From Phoronis australis (taxonomy: Eukaryota > Animalia > Phoronida), in NCBI GenBank assembly GCA_002633005.1, contig NMRA01000023.1, forward strand, positions 705,339-769,338: a DNA stretch of 64,000 bases, in the 5' to 3' direction. Shown here piece by piece: positions 40,001 through 54,500 of the stretch. The position numbers and the translations under genes are program-made. Below the pieces are notes generated by a model. That model was not told the origin of the DNA. It saw only the letters and a program-made list of their open reading frames with translations, and searched no databases. Position 1 is the stretch's first letter. Every line of letters begins with the position of its first letter.

Positions 40001-43000
40001 TTAGATGATGCTGGCGAAACTATGCGTTTCCAGCACGTGTGCAGAGCTTTCTCGTCCAAGCGCTAAAGTAATTAGAATTGTGAACAAACATGGCATTAAT
40101 GTAAACATTTGATAAAATTAAGCATACACGGGTATGTGGAATAAACTTACAACTTGACATGACCACGTGTAGACCATTCTGATAGCCGAGTTATCCGGAT
40201 CACTGCTCCTCCTTCCGTCTAGTGCAAAAACACCACTGCTGCGACCGACTGTGAGTGACGAGGAACCTGAGAATAACGATCACAATGAGATGGTCTGTAT
40301 TATATAACATCGGAGCTTATGTGTTGCTTTATACGCCCCATCATTTTATGTCTCTACAGTGAAACTCTGACTTTCTGGGAATCTCCACGTCATGTTCGCA
40401 AATTTATTTACAAACAAGACAAAATGAAGATTCGTTTTGGCACAAACTTCTGTCGATGGCCACTGTGTTGCAATATTCAGTGAGATAAGCAGGAACTTAC
40501 TACGTTTGAGAGAAAGTTTGCTTATCACCACTTATGGTATGTTTATCTCTGAATCTGTCACAGTTATAACTGAACAAATGTATACCTCTGACTTTCGCTA
40601 CGAGTGGTTTTGACTTGGTTGTGAATGTGATGGACGCCTGCGAGATGATGCCTGGCTGCGATGGAAGTGTAACCGACACGGTGAGAGTTACGTTTGCTCC
40701 GGCTAAAACGATAAAATGCAGTTGAAGCCATGGACGCATCATCCGACAACATGGCAGTCGAAAACAAGTTTCACGACACACACACACGCGCGCACGCACG
40801 CACGCACGCACGCAAGCACGCACGCACACACACAAAAATACACACTATATTAGTAGAAACGAGAGACGTGAAAATTGACAACATGCGATCCAGCGTCCAC
40901 TGTTTCTCGTCCACGCAAACATGAATGTGCTATCAATGTAAATGTCTTCAACTATCTACTTAGACTATGCTTAAATAGGCTAACAATATTATCACTCCAA
41001 ACACATTTTTACTACCTTGCAGGCTCTAACGGTCAGGTCATCCTAATTTCGTCGTGTGTTAAATTCCAAGACTGCTTCTAGCGAGCTTGATGAGGCCGCG
41101 ACAATTTTCACGAGATACATGTATCCCCATGCATTACAAACCGGCGAAGTTTACGTTTCCGGCGGAACGGGCATCCGATCCACTGAGTCTACGAATACGC
41201 TTTTTGAAAGATTTTATTTACTAATAAGGGTAAACAAAAGGTAGAAAACAACACCAACCAGGTAAGTCGTTCTTTCTCACTGTGTAGAATCTTTTTGTTC
41301 GAGTATTTACGTTGATCTTCAGGCCTTTCGTCGTCGATGACCACTGGTAATTAATTTCACCAATAGAGGCACAAGACGACAGCTCCACGTCCGCCTTCAC
41401 TCTGAATCTGAACGTAATGAACGAATCCCAATTGTAATTGAACAGGACATGTTCACAATTAATCCACCACTCAGCGATGCCCATTAAAGATTGTGTTCAC
41501 CACACTTTTAATCTGATAAGCGATTCATACACTGTGCATGTACAACGTTTTCACGATCGGTTTCATTCTCCATAAAACAAAATAAACGCAGTTTAGTTTT
41601 AGACTCCACACAATAGCATATGAACTGCGTTAGAGTTTCACATGAGTGGCGATATGTTTTGATGGATAAAACCAACATTGTGGTCCAAATTGGTGGAAAT
41701 GATAGACATAGTATGCATGCATGATTTTCTATTAAAGATTTACCTTACCCTACCCAACTCTTCGCAATTATTAATCTGAAGCAAATGACCTAGCACTGAG
41801 GTATCCACCCAGTCGTGGGGTTTCTCCCCACATGACCTCTCCTGCTTAATAGAGTATAAGATGTATCATTATCATTATACAATGATGATAACGATACTGA
41901 TATATCGGGTATATCGTTATCATCATGGTCAGCGCGCACGCCTCCCAAAGCACTTATAATTTACAGGAAATTGCTTTTTCAAACTGGGACGCGGTCAATG
42001 TCTCCTAGCGAATCACTTAAGTGCTGCTTAGAGTTTGCTAACTTGTAAACAGCCACAGCGGTATATTGCATGCAGGAGACTTAACTTATTTTTCTTTAAA
42101 ATGTAGTCTCCATGTATGGGTAATTTTAAAGCATGCACTTACGTCTTCTTGCATTTCACAGCACCGACCACTCCGAGCTGTGCGTAAAAAGGCTAATACT
42201 ACTACATTAGTACAAGGTAGCATTTTGTGTCATCCCCCGTACCAAAATGGCATTCTTCAGGGGCAGATTCAGGATTTTGAGTTGGGGGGAGGAGCAGGCC
42301 ACAGGAATAACCAGAATTTCTCTACATGCGCGCGCCCAGCCTAAAATGTGTGGATGCTGGGGTCTCGAACTTTTTGGCTTTGTGGACCTTATTACTAGAA
42401 AAAGGTAAACGGCGTTTGCTCAAGACCTATGCATTTTGCATTCGCCCCCAAACTCCCTGGTGCGCGCATACGCTATTCAGCAATTCTTAACCCGAACTCC
42501 CGAATGAAATCTGGGAGAATGTTAGGGAGGCCATGGCCCCTTTGCCCCCGTCCCCCGTAAATCCGCCATTGTTCTTGTTTTGTTTTGAACATAAACGCAC
42601 CTTTTGTCAGCGTAAACGTTGTCCAGGTTCACGGAAGGTTTTATTTGGACTTTTGGTTTTACCACACTTTCGCGGACCACGGTAAGACTGGAACAGACGA
42701 ACGCTGTGGGGGCGAGAAAGTTGCTGACACACAATTCATAGGTGTAGGAGATTGACTGGTCTTGGAGGCTTCCGTTTATGAAAGTCTGCATGCTGCCGTT
42801 AAACACTGAAACGAGAATTTGTGTAGTGAATGTGATAAATTTACGTTGTGAGAATTTATTTCGGTGGGAAGCTGATGAAATTCGTTCGTGAACAGTGTTG
42901 AACACGTCTCGGTACATACTTGATGTTGTTTTTGAAGATATTGTCTTGGATTTTCGAATGTTTGAGGTTAGATTATCAATTAATAAATTTGGTTGGATCT

Positions 43001-46000
43001 CTGACAACGAACAGTTCTTAATCTCTTCAATTTTTATCAAGTTGGCTTTTAAAACATTACAATGTTTCTTGTTTTTGTTGGACATAAACGCACGCGCTCC
43101 CTACCCACGCATAAAATACCAAACATTGTTTTTTGACCTACCATTCAAGGATTGTTGAATGAGATCAACGTTGCTTCCACTAGCACTGGAAACTGACCAA
43201 TACGAATTGAGGTCACGACCTCCACCTCCAGATGATCTTTCACCGGAGAGGAACACGTGGTCACAATACGAGAGGAAGGACGGCCCGGATATGACAGCTT
43301 TGGGTAGTGTAACTGACGATGGACTAGACACGGTCACTGATCCATAGGCAAATCGACCATAATCTTCGTAAAATGCTTTCACGGTGTTATTCCTCAACAC
43401 AAGTACGCTCCCTGGAAAAAAGTAGACGGATGCAGTGGATTTCGGTGCTTATAATGTCTACAATTAAAAACGCCACAATTAATACGTTCCAGAGTTTCAA
43501 TAGCGCGATGTGAGCAAATGTTTTGCATACATTTTGAGACAATGTTATTTGTTTTTATGGGCAGAGCAGCACTGATATAAGTGGGGGCTATAGAACCCAG
43601 CCCCCTGTGGTGCGCGCCGTCCATGTAATTTGTTTACCGCATTGCTTAAACGGATACTAATCCTCGCTTTGATGATTTCTACCATTCCTTGTGTCACCTG
43701 CTAAAGTATCATTGGCGTCAGTGTTGAAAGACGAAAGCAAGAGACAACTAAGACCTCAAGCTCCCTATGTCACGGCCAGCCTGTGTTGATTTGGTGGTCT
43801 TTCGCTACAATTGCCGTGTAATTCGCGAAAAGCGTAGGTCACACTTGACCGTTTAGCACAGTGAAAGCGAGATTTGGTTCAGTTTTGTTACTTGTAACCC
43901 CGTTGTTGGGTTTTGGTTAGCTCCTTAAGAATAATGAATTGAACTTTGTCTAACCGTTGGACTCGTGTATACATGCAAATGCAGAGTGTTAACACCAATT
44001 GTGGTGGGATTTCTACTGCTTATTTGGTTCAAAACCAACATCAACCATTTTAGACTGATAGAAGATTTTAAATTTTCCTCCAAGCTTCTGAGGGTTGTCG
44101 GGGATTACAAGAAATTATTTTGTTTCAGAGAAATGAGTGGAAAAGTGGATTTTAATATCTGGAAAAATGCCAAAACCCGGTCTGGTAGCTTTTAAATGAG
44201 CGGTTGGCTGAATCTGAACTTTACAAAAGCTGGCTACAAAACGAAAATCGAATTAAAACTTATACTCCCATAAGTCATAAATTCAATCTTACAATATACA
44301 TTACCGTGAGAGGATTCTGTGTCCGTTACCAATTCAAGTCGTGGGTAATGTGCGCATGCGCTATTTTGGAATTCGCAAATTCAGGTTTCTGGCCAACCAC
44401 AATTTTCCCTGAAGCGAGTTCTGAAGGTTCTAATGGTAACGAAAATGAAGTCCTATTACGTAAGGAATATTAAGCGAGCAAACGCATGAGTAAAAAGCAT
44501 TATTCGTTTTCTTATTTTAATCAGTTCCCCAGGGCAACATAGACGACTTCAATTTCAACACGCATTTCACTACGTAAAGGACGGAGGTCGTGTTAATGAA
44601 TGGATTAAAGGACTCACCGGGTGCAACAGTTGGATCAAAGCCAGGAAAGATGACAACTTCGGAGAGAGACTGCAAGTAGCAAGAAGAATATTCTCCCAAA
44701 ATATCGGCGGCATTGCTGAAGAGATCTCCACACAGACCACCTCCCCAGTAACCGCTGTTGATATCAACGTCGGCGTCAAATGTTGCGGTCAAGTACGCAC
44801 CTGGAATAAATCGGGTATGAACATTTGTTACCACTCGGCCACCTTGTTAGTTGAAGGTAAATTCGACAACCTTTCAATATAAATCTCAAGCTTACGCTGA
44901 TTTCAGATTACAGCCACCAAGCACATCATTGCAAAACATACCTTCGGGGTCAAATGTCACTGACTGCAGCTCAGGTTTGGCTCTGTATATTTCAACAAAG
45001 CTTGGTTGTCCAAGTGGTTTAACTCCGTCGTAGGTAGGGTAAACGTCGATCTTCATGGACGTTAATCCGATGAACGTGAACGCTATTTCCTTCACGGAAT
45101 TAACAACGCAAGTTAGATTGGTTGATGAGCTTCCGGGACTTGCCGACGCAAATGTGTGGTATCGCTTGAGGTAGAAACCTAGAAGAGACGACGTTTGAGT
45201 TACACGTATCCCTGACTAAATGTGCCCTACTTAGAACGAAAACGAAAGAGAGGTGACAAAATCGGACAATCTTTACCTGACAAAATACATCCTCGTGTTG
45301 GTAGGTTCTGCCCTACCAACGTGATTGTGAGAGAGATGTCCTGTCCTGTCGACTTCTTAGGAATGTCTACTTCACTTGGAGAAATGGAGGAGACGGATAT
45401 GGCTGCAAAAGAAGAACGTGCATTTTGTGTACTTAGAAATACATGTAGAGCTCAGCCAGCAAAACGTATGAGCATCTGGTTTGTAGCTCGTAACGTGTGT
45501 ACATAAACACGAGTATACGGCAACAGGTACGATACTCGGGGATATTTATTGGGACCTTCATAAGCCCTCTTCTGATGTTACATTACCGATCCTGAATGAC
45601 GTCTTTAAATATTGTTTATTCTAATTGACACAGACCATCAGTATGAATGCTGCTGTGGATATATTTACTATTCTCATGGTAGGCCTACATGTATGCCCTG
45701 TTCAATACAAAGGTTAAGGCTTATTTTAATTGTTAGTCAAAGGAAAGTGGAAACAATCGACTTTTTTCATGGCTCCCAAATGTAAGTACCTATCACTGTG
45801 ATTTGAATAATGTAATACTGACCAGGATATGACTGCAATGTTACTCTGCAATTAAAAAGTGCTAAATGAGCTCTGGTAGCCATAGGCAACATGTTGCTAA
45901 AATACAATGCGAACCGTACCTGCTGGATCAAAGACGAGAATTATGGCCAGTGTTGGATCCTTGGCATTCTGAGAGGACGATCCTATCTGTACCGCCGCGT

Positions 46001-48445
46001 CATAAAGGCCTGCTGTCAAAGCAGCCTCACAAATCAGGTGGGTGGCATTGTTGGAAATTGGACTTCCCTGAACAATGGCGCCGCTTGACGAGGTGAACAG
46101 GCATTCGATTGAATTAGCCGTGTTGAAACCGGCGCCGTAGAATATAAAGAACTGCAAATAGTTGTATGCTGAATTACCATGATATGCCTAAGTACCCATT
46201 TTCCATATGCATAAAATCGACAGCCTTCAGTAAACCGTTCACAAATGCCCATGTTTATTTAAACAAGTCCAATTATTCATGGGAAGAATCCATTACACGA
46301 AGGTAATTTGCCGACAAGTGGAGTGGTGAGCACACAGAGACAAGAACTAATTTCGAAGAACAGATTGTAGTGAAATGATGATTTAGAAAAAAGATTAGTC
46401 CCCATTAACAGAGGTCGATAATTCACGGTCAATAATGCCGCACTGTAGGTGGTCCTAGAGTATTTGTCCAACATCCACACTCATTATTATTTATCTTTGA
46501 GTTTCCAAAGTACGGAACTTTGGCCTCGCACTCGCCAACAGGGAATTTAAAATTGTTTGAAACGCAGTTTAAAAATTAAAAGTAGAATGTACCTGCACGT
46601 TATCATACATACCGTCAAGCTGTCCATTTCCACATATTTAGGTGTAACCGACTGCAGAGCCACACACGAGGTCCCGTCACCGCCACAAACCCCACAAGCA
46701 TCGCGTACCTTTCCACTAAAAATATAGATTTTAAGCCAACAATTAAGTGTGCCCTATTTCCCGCGTTACAATGGTTCTAGTTAATAATTTCGCTCGCTGA
46801 TGACGTTAAATTTCACAAATCACAAGCCAAATGCACATTATGAAATAAGCCCATCCTGGCTTGAACTCTCTTTTCGTGGAGGTAGTTTAACACATTGCAA
46901 TGAATGACTGGCGGACTTTACTCCCTTGGTTACAGCACCATTCGGAACGTTTTTGAAAGGTGTGACAAAGATTCGTTGTGTCGCAGTTCGACAATTGAGT
47001 TATGTGAACCAACATACACTGTATGCATGTTATTCTGAAATTGCGTCACAAATTATGTGCTAACACTGGTATTTTAATTTTTGCGGCAACATGCGAGACG
47101 CTGGGAGCAGTAATTAGTTATTATGTAGGCAAGGATGAGTGCTATTCGTACAGCAAGTTTCAAGCGACAAAAGCAAGATCACGTAAGACCAAGAACAATA
47201 ACGCGTGGCAGAGGAGAATATTTCGTGAAAAAGCTAGCTAGAGAATTTACTTGGGACAACAAGAAAAACGGTTGAAAATGAATTATGTGACTGATCAATG
47301 TTGGGATGTTGAAATTTTAGAAAAATTGCTGTTTTCCATGCATGCTTGAAAACAGCCCGCCGCATCAAGTCACGTAAAAACTCTTCTGTTGCGGAGTGCA
47401 GTCGCTGCCTGACTACGCGTTACTGAATACAGTGCTCCGCGAAATACAATAGTCCTATATTTCAGTACAGTGCAGCTCAGGGCGAATTCCTGCAAAACAA
47501 TTTTGTGTAGTCAAATGCAAAACTATACAATAGACCAAAATAGCCAAATCATGAATTCAATCTTACCCAAATGGAACTCCATCGCAATCAGCACACGTTG
47601 AATTATCGCCAAAGCACACAAAGCATGCGTCCCTGTGATGCAAAAGCGACTTTCCTGTGTTGCCGCCAGTACACTGGAAACACGTTGAGGAATCGTTTTG
47701 GGCCCAATTATTGAAGTCGTCCCCTGGGAACACATCAACATTTATAAGTGTGGCATTGTTTGAATTACCAAGCAAAGCTCCCACAGAACCAAGAACATCA
47801 ACGTTTTTAATTACAGTTCCAAAACGAAATTCATTCAATGCCCTATTATAGATAAGAACCCAGTAATGCAGTAAGCGCAGATTATTTATGTAACTTGTCC
47901 CAAAGGTGGCTTTCATACAGACAGCTCCCATAACCTTTTTGTTAGCCTCCTAGTCAACGTGGTGGTATTGCAATTCATTACGGGTTGGTTCAATCTGTCT
48001 GTCTCATCGTGTGTTCGCCGAAGGTGACGAGTCCATCAGTGAAACCGTCCATTCGCATCAAACCTGTAGAATGCACACTAGAACCATAGCCTCCCTTTTA
48101 TCATTTTATCCGTTTCGTTATCGTTGTCATGATGGTAAAGGTCATTATCACACTCATCGTTTCATCAACAACGTCATCCTCGTTCACATCACCAGATGTC
48201 GTCATTGTCGTGGCTGTCACCACCAACACCACCGTAATCAACTTCTTGACGACCACCAGCACTACCACTACCACCACTACCACGACGACGACTACCACCA
48301 CCACCACCATCACCCAAAGCGCATCGTTACTTGCAGTACCATCACCATCAACACCATCATCATCACTATGATGATCAACAGCCGCTTTACCACCTCTATT
48401 ATCGTTACCATCATCACCAACACAGCTACCAACATCATCACCACG

Positions 48446-48500
<55 letters not shown>

Positions 48501-51500
48501 TATCATCACTGGCATTGTCATGATCAACGACAACTGCTTCCATCACCGTCACTGTCATCATAACCACCCTGTTTATCCTGCCTGTCGCCATCACAACTAC
48601 CACCATAACAAAATGTCAGTGACGTCGCCACTATCTTCAGGGAATATTTGTCATCAACTATAAACTGTCATCACATGTAATTCACACGTGTGCTAACAAC
48701 AGTAGTGGCACGTGATACTTACAAGGGTCGTGGCAGACCCCGTTGCAGTCCCTGAAATAGCTCCCATACGGAGCGTACTCGGGAATTAATGTGCCGCAGT
48801 AGCCGCAGAGGTCTAGCTTGTTTTTTCCATTACACATTCCCGAGCAATCGTACAAAGATTCGGAGAAGTCAGCGGCAAAGCTTGTGTTCCCACCTGGAAA
48901 ATCAAGAATTGGAATTTCATTGATTATTGTAATAAAATAATTAATTGACAGTGTCTACCTTTCAAAAAATGTAGTAGAAAGATATGGTATTCAGAAGTGT
49001 GAAACTCACGGACTTCGTATGCTAAACCCGTCTCACTCCATGTTCTTGAACCGCTATTTGCAAACTATTCACTGTAATATAAGCAAGTGGCTATATCACA
49101 AGTAATCCAAAGAGTATTTGTTTAGAATGTATAAACGAGTATATGTCTTGACCCAATATCGGATAACCTCGACCCCTCCCGCCGATTGAACTCTATATCC
49201 CGATGCCTAAAGTGATGCGATGATTTTTGTATCGATCCACTTGCACCGCTAGCTGGTTTTAAACGCCGACTGCCAGCCGGCGCTTCCGATAATCGCCCGA
49301 TTGTTGGCCGATATGACTATTTTGTAAGCAAACTCAACGGATCGTCATCGGACGTTCTATGAGACCGAGACATTACGTGGTGTTGCTACGTCACTGACTC
49401 ACAGTCATTCCCATTGATTGAAATATTGGAAACCCCTTTCAGTTTATGTAAAGTAGTACGTGTATGGCGACCACCTTTGACTTAAACGGGGAGTGATCGA
49501 AGTAAACACAATCAAGGGAACACCGATCTAGTGCCAAACAAGTACAGTGCATAATGCAGGTGGTGGCGATGTGATCTTTACACTTCCGACCAAGGCATGC
49601 GCATTGACGCCCACACACGGAATCCAGTGTGTTGTTCATCATGCTTCAACAGAGCCACTTTTCAGAACAGGTGGCGTGTCAGATGGTAAAGTAATTTGTG
49701 CTTCACTGGTTGACACAAAACGATTTTTTCGGATGGGCATGTATCATGCGCGCATTACTGCGTTTCTCGAAGATTCTTGCAATAAGTATCAAGAACTCAG
49801 ACCCCATCGAGCAACATTTTGTGACGGGTTTGTAGAGTTTGGCAACATAATAGTGCTTTTTGGAAGAAATGGAACGAAATTAGCAACTGTTAAAGAAAAT
49901 ATCCAATGCAAGCAATGGAAAGCATTGACAGCTCTACAAACCCGTCTCAAAACGTTGCTTGAACAGCGACTGGAGTTTTAATAAGATTTTTTTAGGTACA
50001 GACCTAAAAATTTCATTGCGCCCTTCTAAAACACGAGTGCGCTTATCGCGTGAACATGGCTTTCAGTGTCACGGAGGGATGTTTCAACAATACAGAAACA
50101 AAACTGTTGTTGGTGTTCCACAAAATCAATTATTGCAAGCGTTCTGGTGCCAGTGCTGTAGTGGTAAAATTAGAGGTAAGAAGGCGCCTAAAGCCCATCT
50201 CATCACCTTGAGCACTGAACGTAACTTACGGTGCGTAGGCGCTACGTTCATATGCAAAAAGGTGGTTGGCTGCGCCTACAGTGTACGTGCACCTACGCCC
50301 CACTGCAGCACTGTCTGGTGCAAGTTGTACCAGACGTGATCAGGCCGCTCACATGGCCATTGCACTGATCACCTGCGACCACGTTTATTTTATGATATAC
50401 AATTAAAACCGAGGTGAGGAGCTAGAGACCTGACTCAAAGGTCCAGAACTGTGCCCCAGTGAGACTCGAACCCACAAGATCACCAATAACCCGAATTCTT
50501 CGGTCTTAAGTACTTGGAGTACATGTAATGACAGTAAAATTATGTAAAAACGCATACTAAAAACACAGAAATTTAGTGGACTAAACGCACTGGTGGCATT
50601 AAAAGTGTAACTAATCACGAATTTTGATACACTGTATGAAATGAGACTTGGGACTGACAACTGGGACCACACTCAAATTCTGGACTAGCTGTTACAGTAG
50701 GCTAGTAGTCGTTGACCTATTATTCGCTAACCCGTGTGAAGACAGTGTGAACGACGAATTGAACACGCGTTCTTTTTTCCACAGGATAAACATGTTCCGT
50801 TGTTTGTGCTCCACATTTTCCGTTATCTTAAGGCATTTCTGCTATGTTTTGTGGTGGATTCGACAACAAGGCTTCCAATCACGCTGTGACACTTTTTAAA
50901 CGGGAGAAAGCGATTTCGATGGCGTTTTGACAATTTTCTTAATTTGTTGGTGGCAGTTTAACAGTAACATGTGTTTGTTAAATTACTATCTATAAATGTT
51001 AAGTTTATCAATAGTAAATGCATTTCCTTGGGGATTATGACCTACATTCGGGAAAGTAACTTCGTACACTGCAGTTCTGGAGTCCCTTTCTTATACAAAA
51101 GTGCCTTAAGATTTAAGTCAAGAATTTTGTCTTGCACTACCACTTCACATTTGCTGAAAAAAAGGTTCAGTCAAGTGATTGCGAGCACATCACAGTCTAA
51201 AACAATTAAAACGTGATGACGTGTTCACTGAATTACAACAGGACCGCCAAACGCACCACTAGCTCCCAGATTGTGCTTCACGGGCCAGAGGACGAGCAAA
51301 GAAAGTCCACTCTAATGAGCTGTAGCTCTCGTCGGAGAGGTTCATAGGCATACAAGGTATGTATTTAGTTTCCATATTGTTTTTTATTCAGTGTCTGGGG
51401 CGAAGAAGGTTTTCATATTTGAAGGTATACACTATAGTTGAACTATTTAAAAAGAAGTAAATACTAACATTCTGTTATTCCCATCTAAATTTCCAAATAA

Positions 51501-54500
51501 ACAATCGTCTGATAATTTAAAGTAAAAAGATACATGTAGAAAAAAAATCAATACTATCTTGACATAGCATCATTATCGCCAGGGCATGTAATTGGGGAAG
51601 ACTTACCAACGCATTTTTGAGCGCAAGTATCCCAGAGCGCAGTGCCACCACAATCGCCGTTGCAATCCCATGACTGGTAGTATCCCGCAGAAGTTTCGCA
51701 TAACCCGCACTTGTCTATGCCGAACTCTTCCGTGTTGTTGGTGTTACCGCCAACACATAAATCACACTTGTTCCAATACGCTGTACCATCGCAGTCGCCA
51801 TAACAGTCCACAATTTTATTGCCTCCTTTGTTCACGCAAGTACCTATAACAAACTGGCTTCGGTATAATCCAGACCACACCTTGTGTGAGATATGTACAG
51901 TTATTTTATTTTCTCTATACTTCTTCAAACTCAATATCATGCTGTTGTCGGATTGAGAATAAAGAAGACCTTCCTGAGTTATGCAGGTATATTTGAAATT
52001 GGCTGTTCAGTGGGCATGTGACAAGCTTTAACCGAATGCAGACGTAAGGATCCGTCTCAACCAATTCCCCAACCCCCGGTCGGCATCGGTTTCACCTCTG
52101 CCGATCGCCGCTTATTTCCCCTCCCCGGCCGCCACCGATGCCATCCCCTTCTTATATAGCTTTTGCATATCTGCCAATTGCAAATATTCTTGTTTTGCCC
52201 AAATTTTCCTTAATTTTGGACCGCCTAATACATGTACGTCCATAACTGAGCTGTAATACCATTGAAGGCCGGAATAGATTCTCTAAAAAATCTAACAGTG
52301 CTCGTTCCTACTTGACAACATAGAATGCATTTTGGTAATAAAAGACGTCACCGAAACAGAAACATTCACCAATAAGATGACATGTATACCCAATGCTCGT
52401 GGAACAGTTTACGTTTTTACAACAGGTAGTTGCAATGATTCTAATTATTCCATTTTGCGACCTTTTTGCGTTGTACCATTAGATACAGCTAAAAGTTAAT
52501 CTTAAAAGTGCACATGACTTACCTGCACAATCTGTTAGATTCGAAAACTCATAGTTGCTGGTGCCGCCGTAACAAACGTTGCACTCTGCATCCTCCATCG
52601 CTGTACCGAAACAGACCCCCATACAATCCTTATCGCCATTTGGCATTTCACCTGTGAAGCCGCCCGTGCACCGGTTGCAGTCGTCTATTGTTGCATCCCC
52701 GTCACAGTCACCGTTGCAATCGTAAATGCACGGTTCTGAAATAGTCAAATGCAAACGGAAATGCAATCTAAAAGGGGCGAATATGTTTTCAACCGTAATG
52801 GCAATGTTTTGGAAGGGAGGTAATGATCACCATGAGGGTAAAAAGGCTTTCAATTCTACAAGTTAAGAATGCTACACATATTGTCACAAAAATGCATGTC
52901 ACCTTTATGATCCACTATAGTTTCAACTATGACTAGTGTGAAAAGAAGCTTAAACGCTAAAGCAACCAATTACGTTAATTCTATTCATACTGTATTGCAC
53001 CTGTACGAGAAACCTACCTGTACATGTAGAACGTAAAAATGTACTCAGAAATGCCCTATTAATACATATTCATACACTGTTCATCCCACATACAAAACAT
53101 AAAAAGAAAAATCCGGTTAAGATCTCATTAGTCATGTTTATTGCACAGTGCACATGGAGCATTCATTAAAGTGTCATCTGTAAAAAAGAAGTTGTGATTT
53201 AGACCAGTAACCGCTGTAAATGTACCATAATCAGTTGAGTAGAGATATCTGGACTCGGGACACCTCGTCGTTTCTTCAATCTAGCTCAAAGAATTTTAGG
53301 TCATGACGCTTTCTGAACTTTTTTGAATTTGAAATGCCAATTGTTTCCTAGCCCAGAAATCCCACTCAATTTTACTAAGAAACAAGTCTGAGACAAATTT
53401 TACAATGGTAAATGAACTAAATCAAAATGTGTTTAAAAAAGGCTTAAAAAAAATTTCCTCCTTACTCTACGCAAATAATAAACCACTCGAAGCCTCCCAT
53501 ATTATGGCAGATAATGCAGGGAATCGGTAAAAACTAACAGTTGTTTTCAAAATAATCTGGACATCGTCAAAAGTCGATAAACGGTTTTGACGCACAACAG
53601 CTAGTAAATAACCATTTATTTTAGTTTTAACTCCGTTTCACTGCTAGCCAAATCTCGACAAAATCTCGACAATTGTTGCTCCACGAATTTTTTCGAACTC
53701 GAGAATATTTACTGTGCAAGGCCATTCACAAAAGTAACAGCTAGCCACAATGTCACATTAACTATGATTAAATTTTGATAAAAATGACATTTTATTGTGA
53801 TAAAGGCTCGACTAAAGTGCCAGATGATTTTGGCAAGAAGTTCGGCATACATTTAGTTCGACAGAGTCTGGAAACAGTGTTCTGACGACGGAACTCTGCC
53901 CACTAGTTTATTACCTAGTTCAGATGCTAGCTAAAACGCTAGGGTTTCTGCCAGCACTTCGCTGGCCGAAAAAAGCCCAGTAATATGAACGGTTGCAGGA
54001 GCCACTTTCGCTGGCGCTTTGTTGGGGGTTTGAGTTACCCCAAAACGACTGGCGGTTTTGCTAGCACGTTTGTTAAAAGACAGACCGTTTACTTCAAAGG
54101 ACAAACATGCACAGCGTTAGGAGGTACTTGTTCAATAGTCACATCAATCAATTTATGACAAAGAGTGAACATAGGCTATTTTGAAATAAAATGTCGCTAA
54201 TAAGTGACTAGACTGTCTGGATAAAGAGCTACCGTTTCGCCAATGAACCTGCTAACGTTTTTCCCGGTCACATGAACCGTCATTGTACATGTACATGTAC
54301 ATGTATTTGTTAAAAACTACAGTACATGTACAGAATGACAATAATTTTGACAGGTTGACCAACCCTTCCAAGTTTGAGTTGTCTCGTAGTCACCAATAGC
54401 AGACGACATCTAGATTCGTTTTAATCGTAGGAATCAATTGCTGTCACGGGAACGAATATTTTGAGACCAGTTCTTCTTAATCAGCACAATTCAAGTCTCC

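Noticed and set aside
46660-46715. ADAMTS-like DACGVCGGDGTSC motif suggesting an ADAMTS gene
   Set aside because: No metalloprotease HExxH, TSP1 or spacer domain in the spliced product.
47990-48063. Acceptor-like tctacag at 48064 giving CLMRMDGFTDGLVTFGEHTMRQTD*
   Set aside because: Ends in a stop with no good donor and no domain similarity; an alternative terminal exon cannot be supported without transcripts.
48011-48663. Poly-His/Thr/Asp/Val ORFs
   Set aside because: Products of an intronic trinucleotide tract; exons 5 and 6 join in phase without them.
49547-50339. Plus-strand ORFs of 144 and 126 aa in intron 4
   Set aside because: No recognisable motifs or splice structure; likely chance or old repeat sequence.
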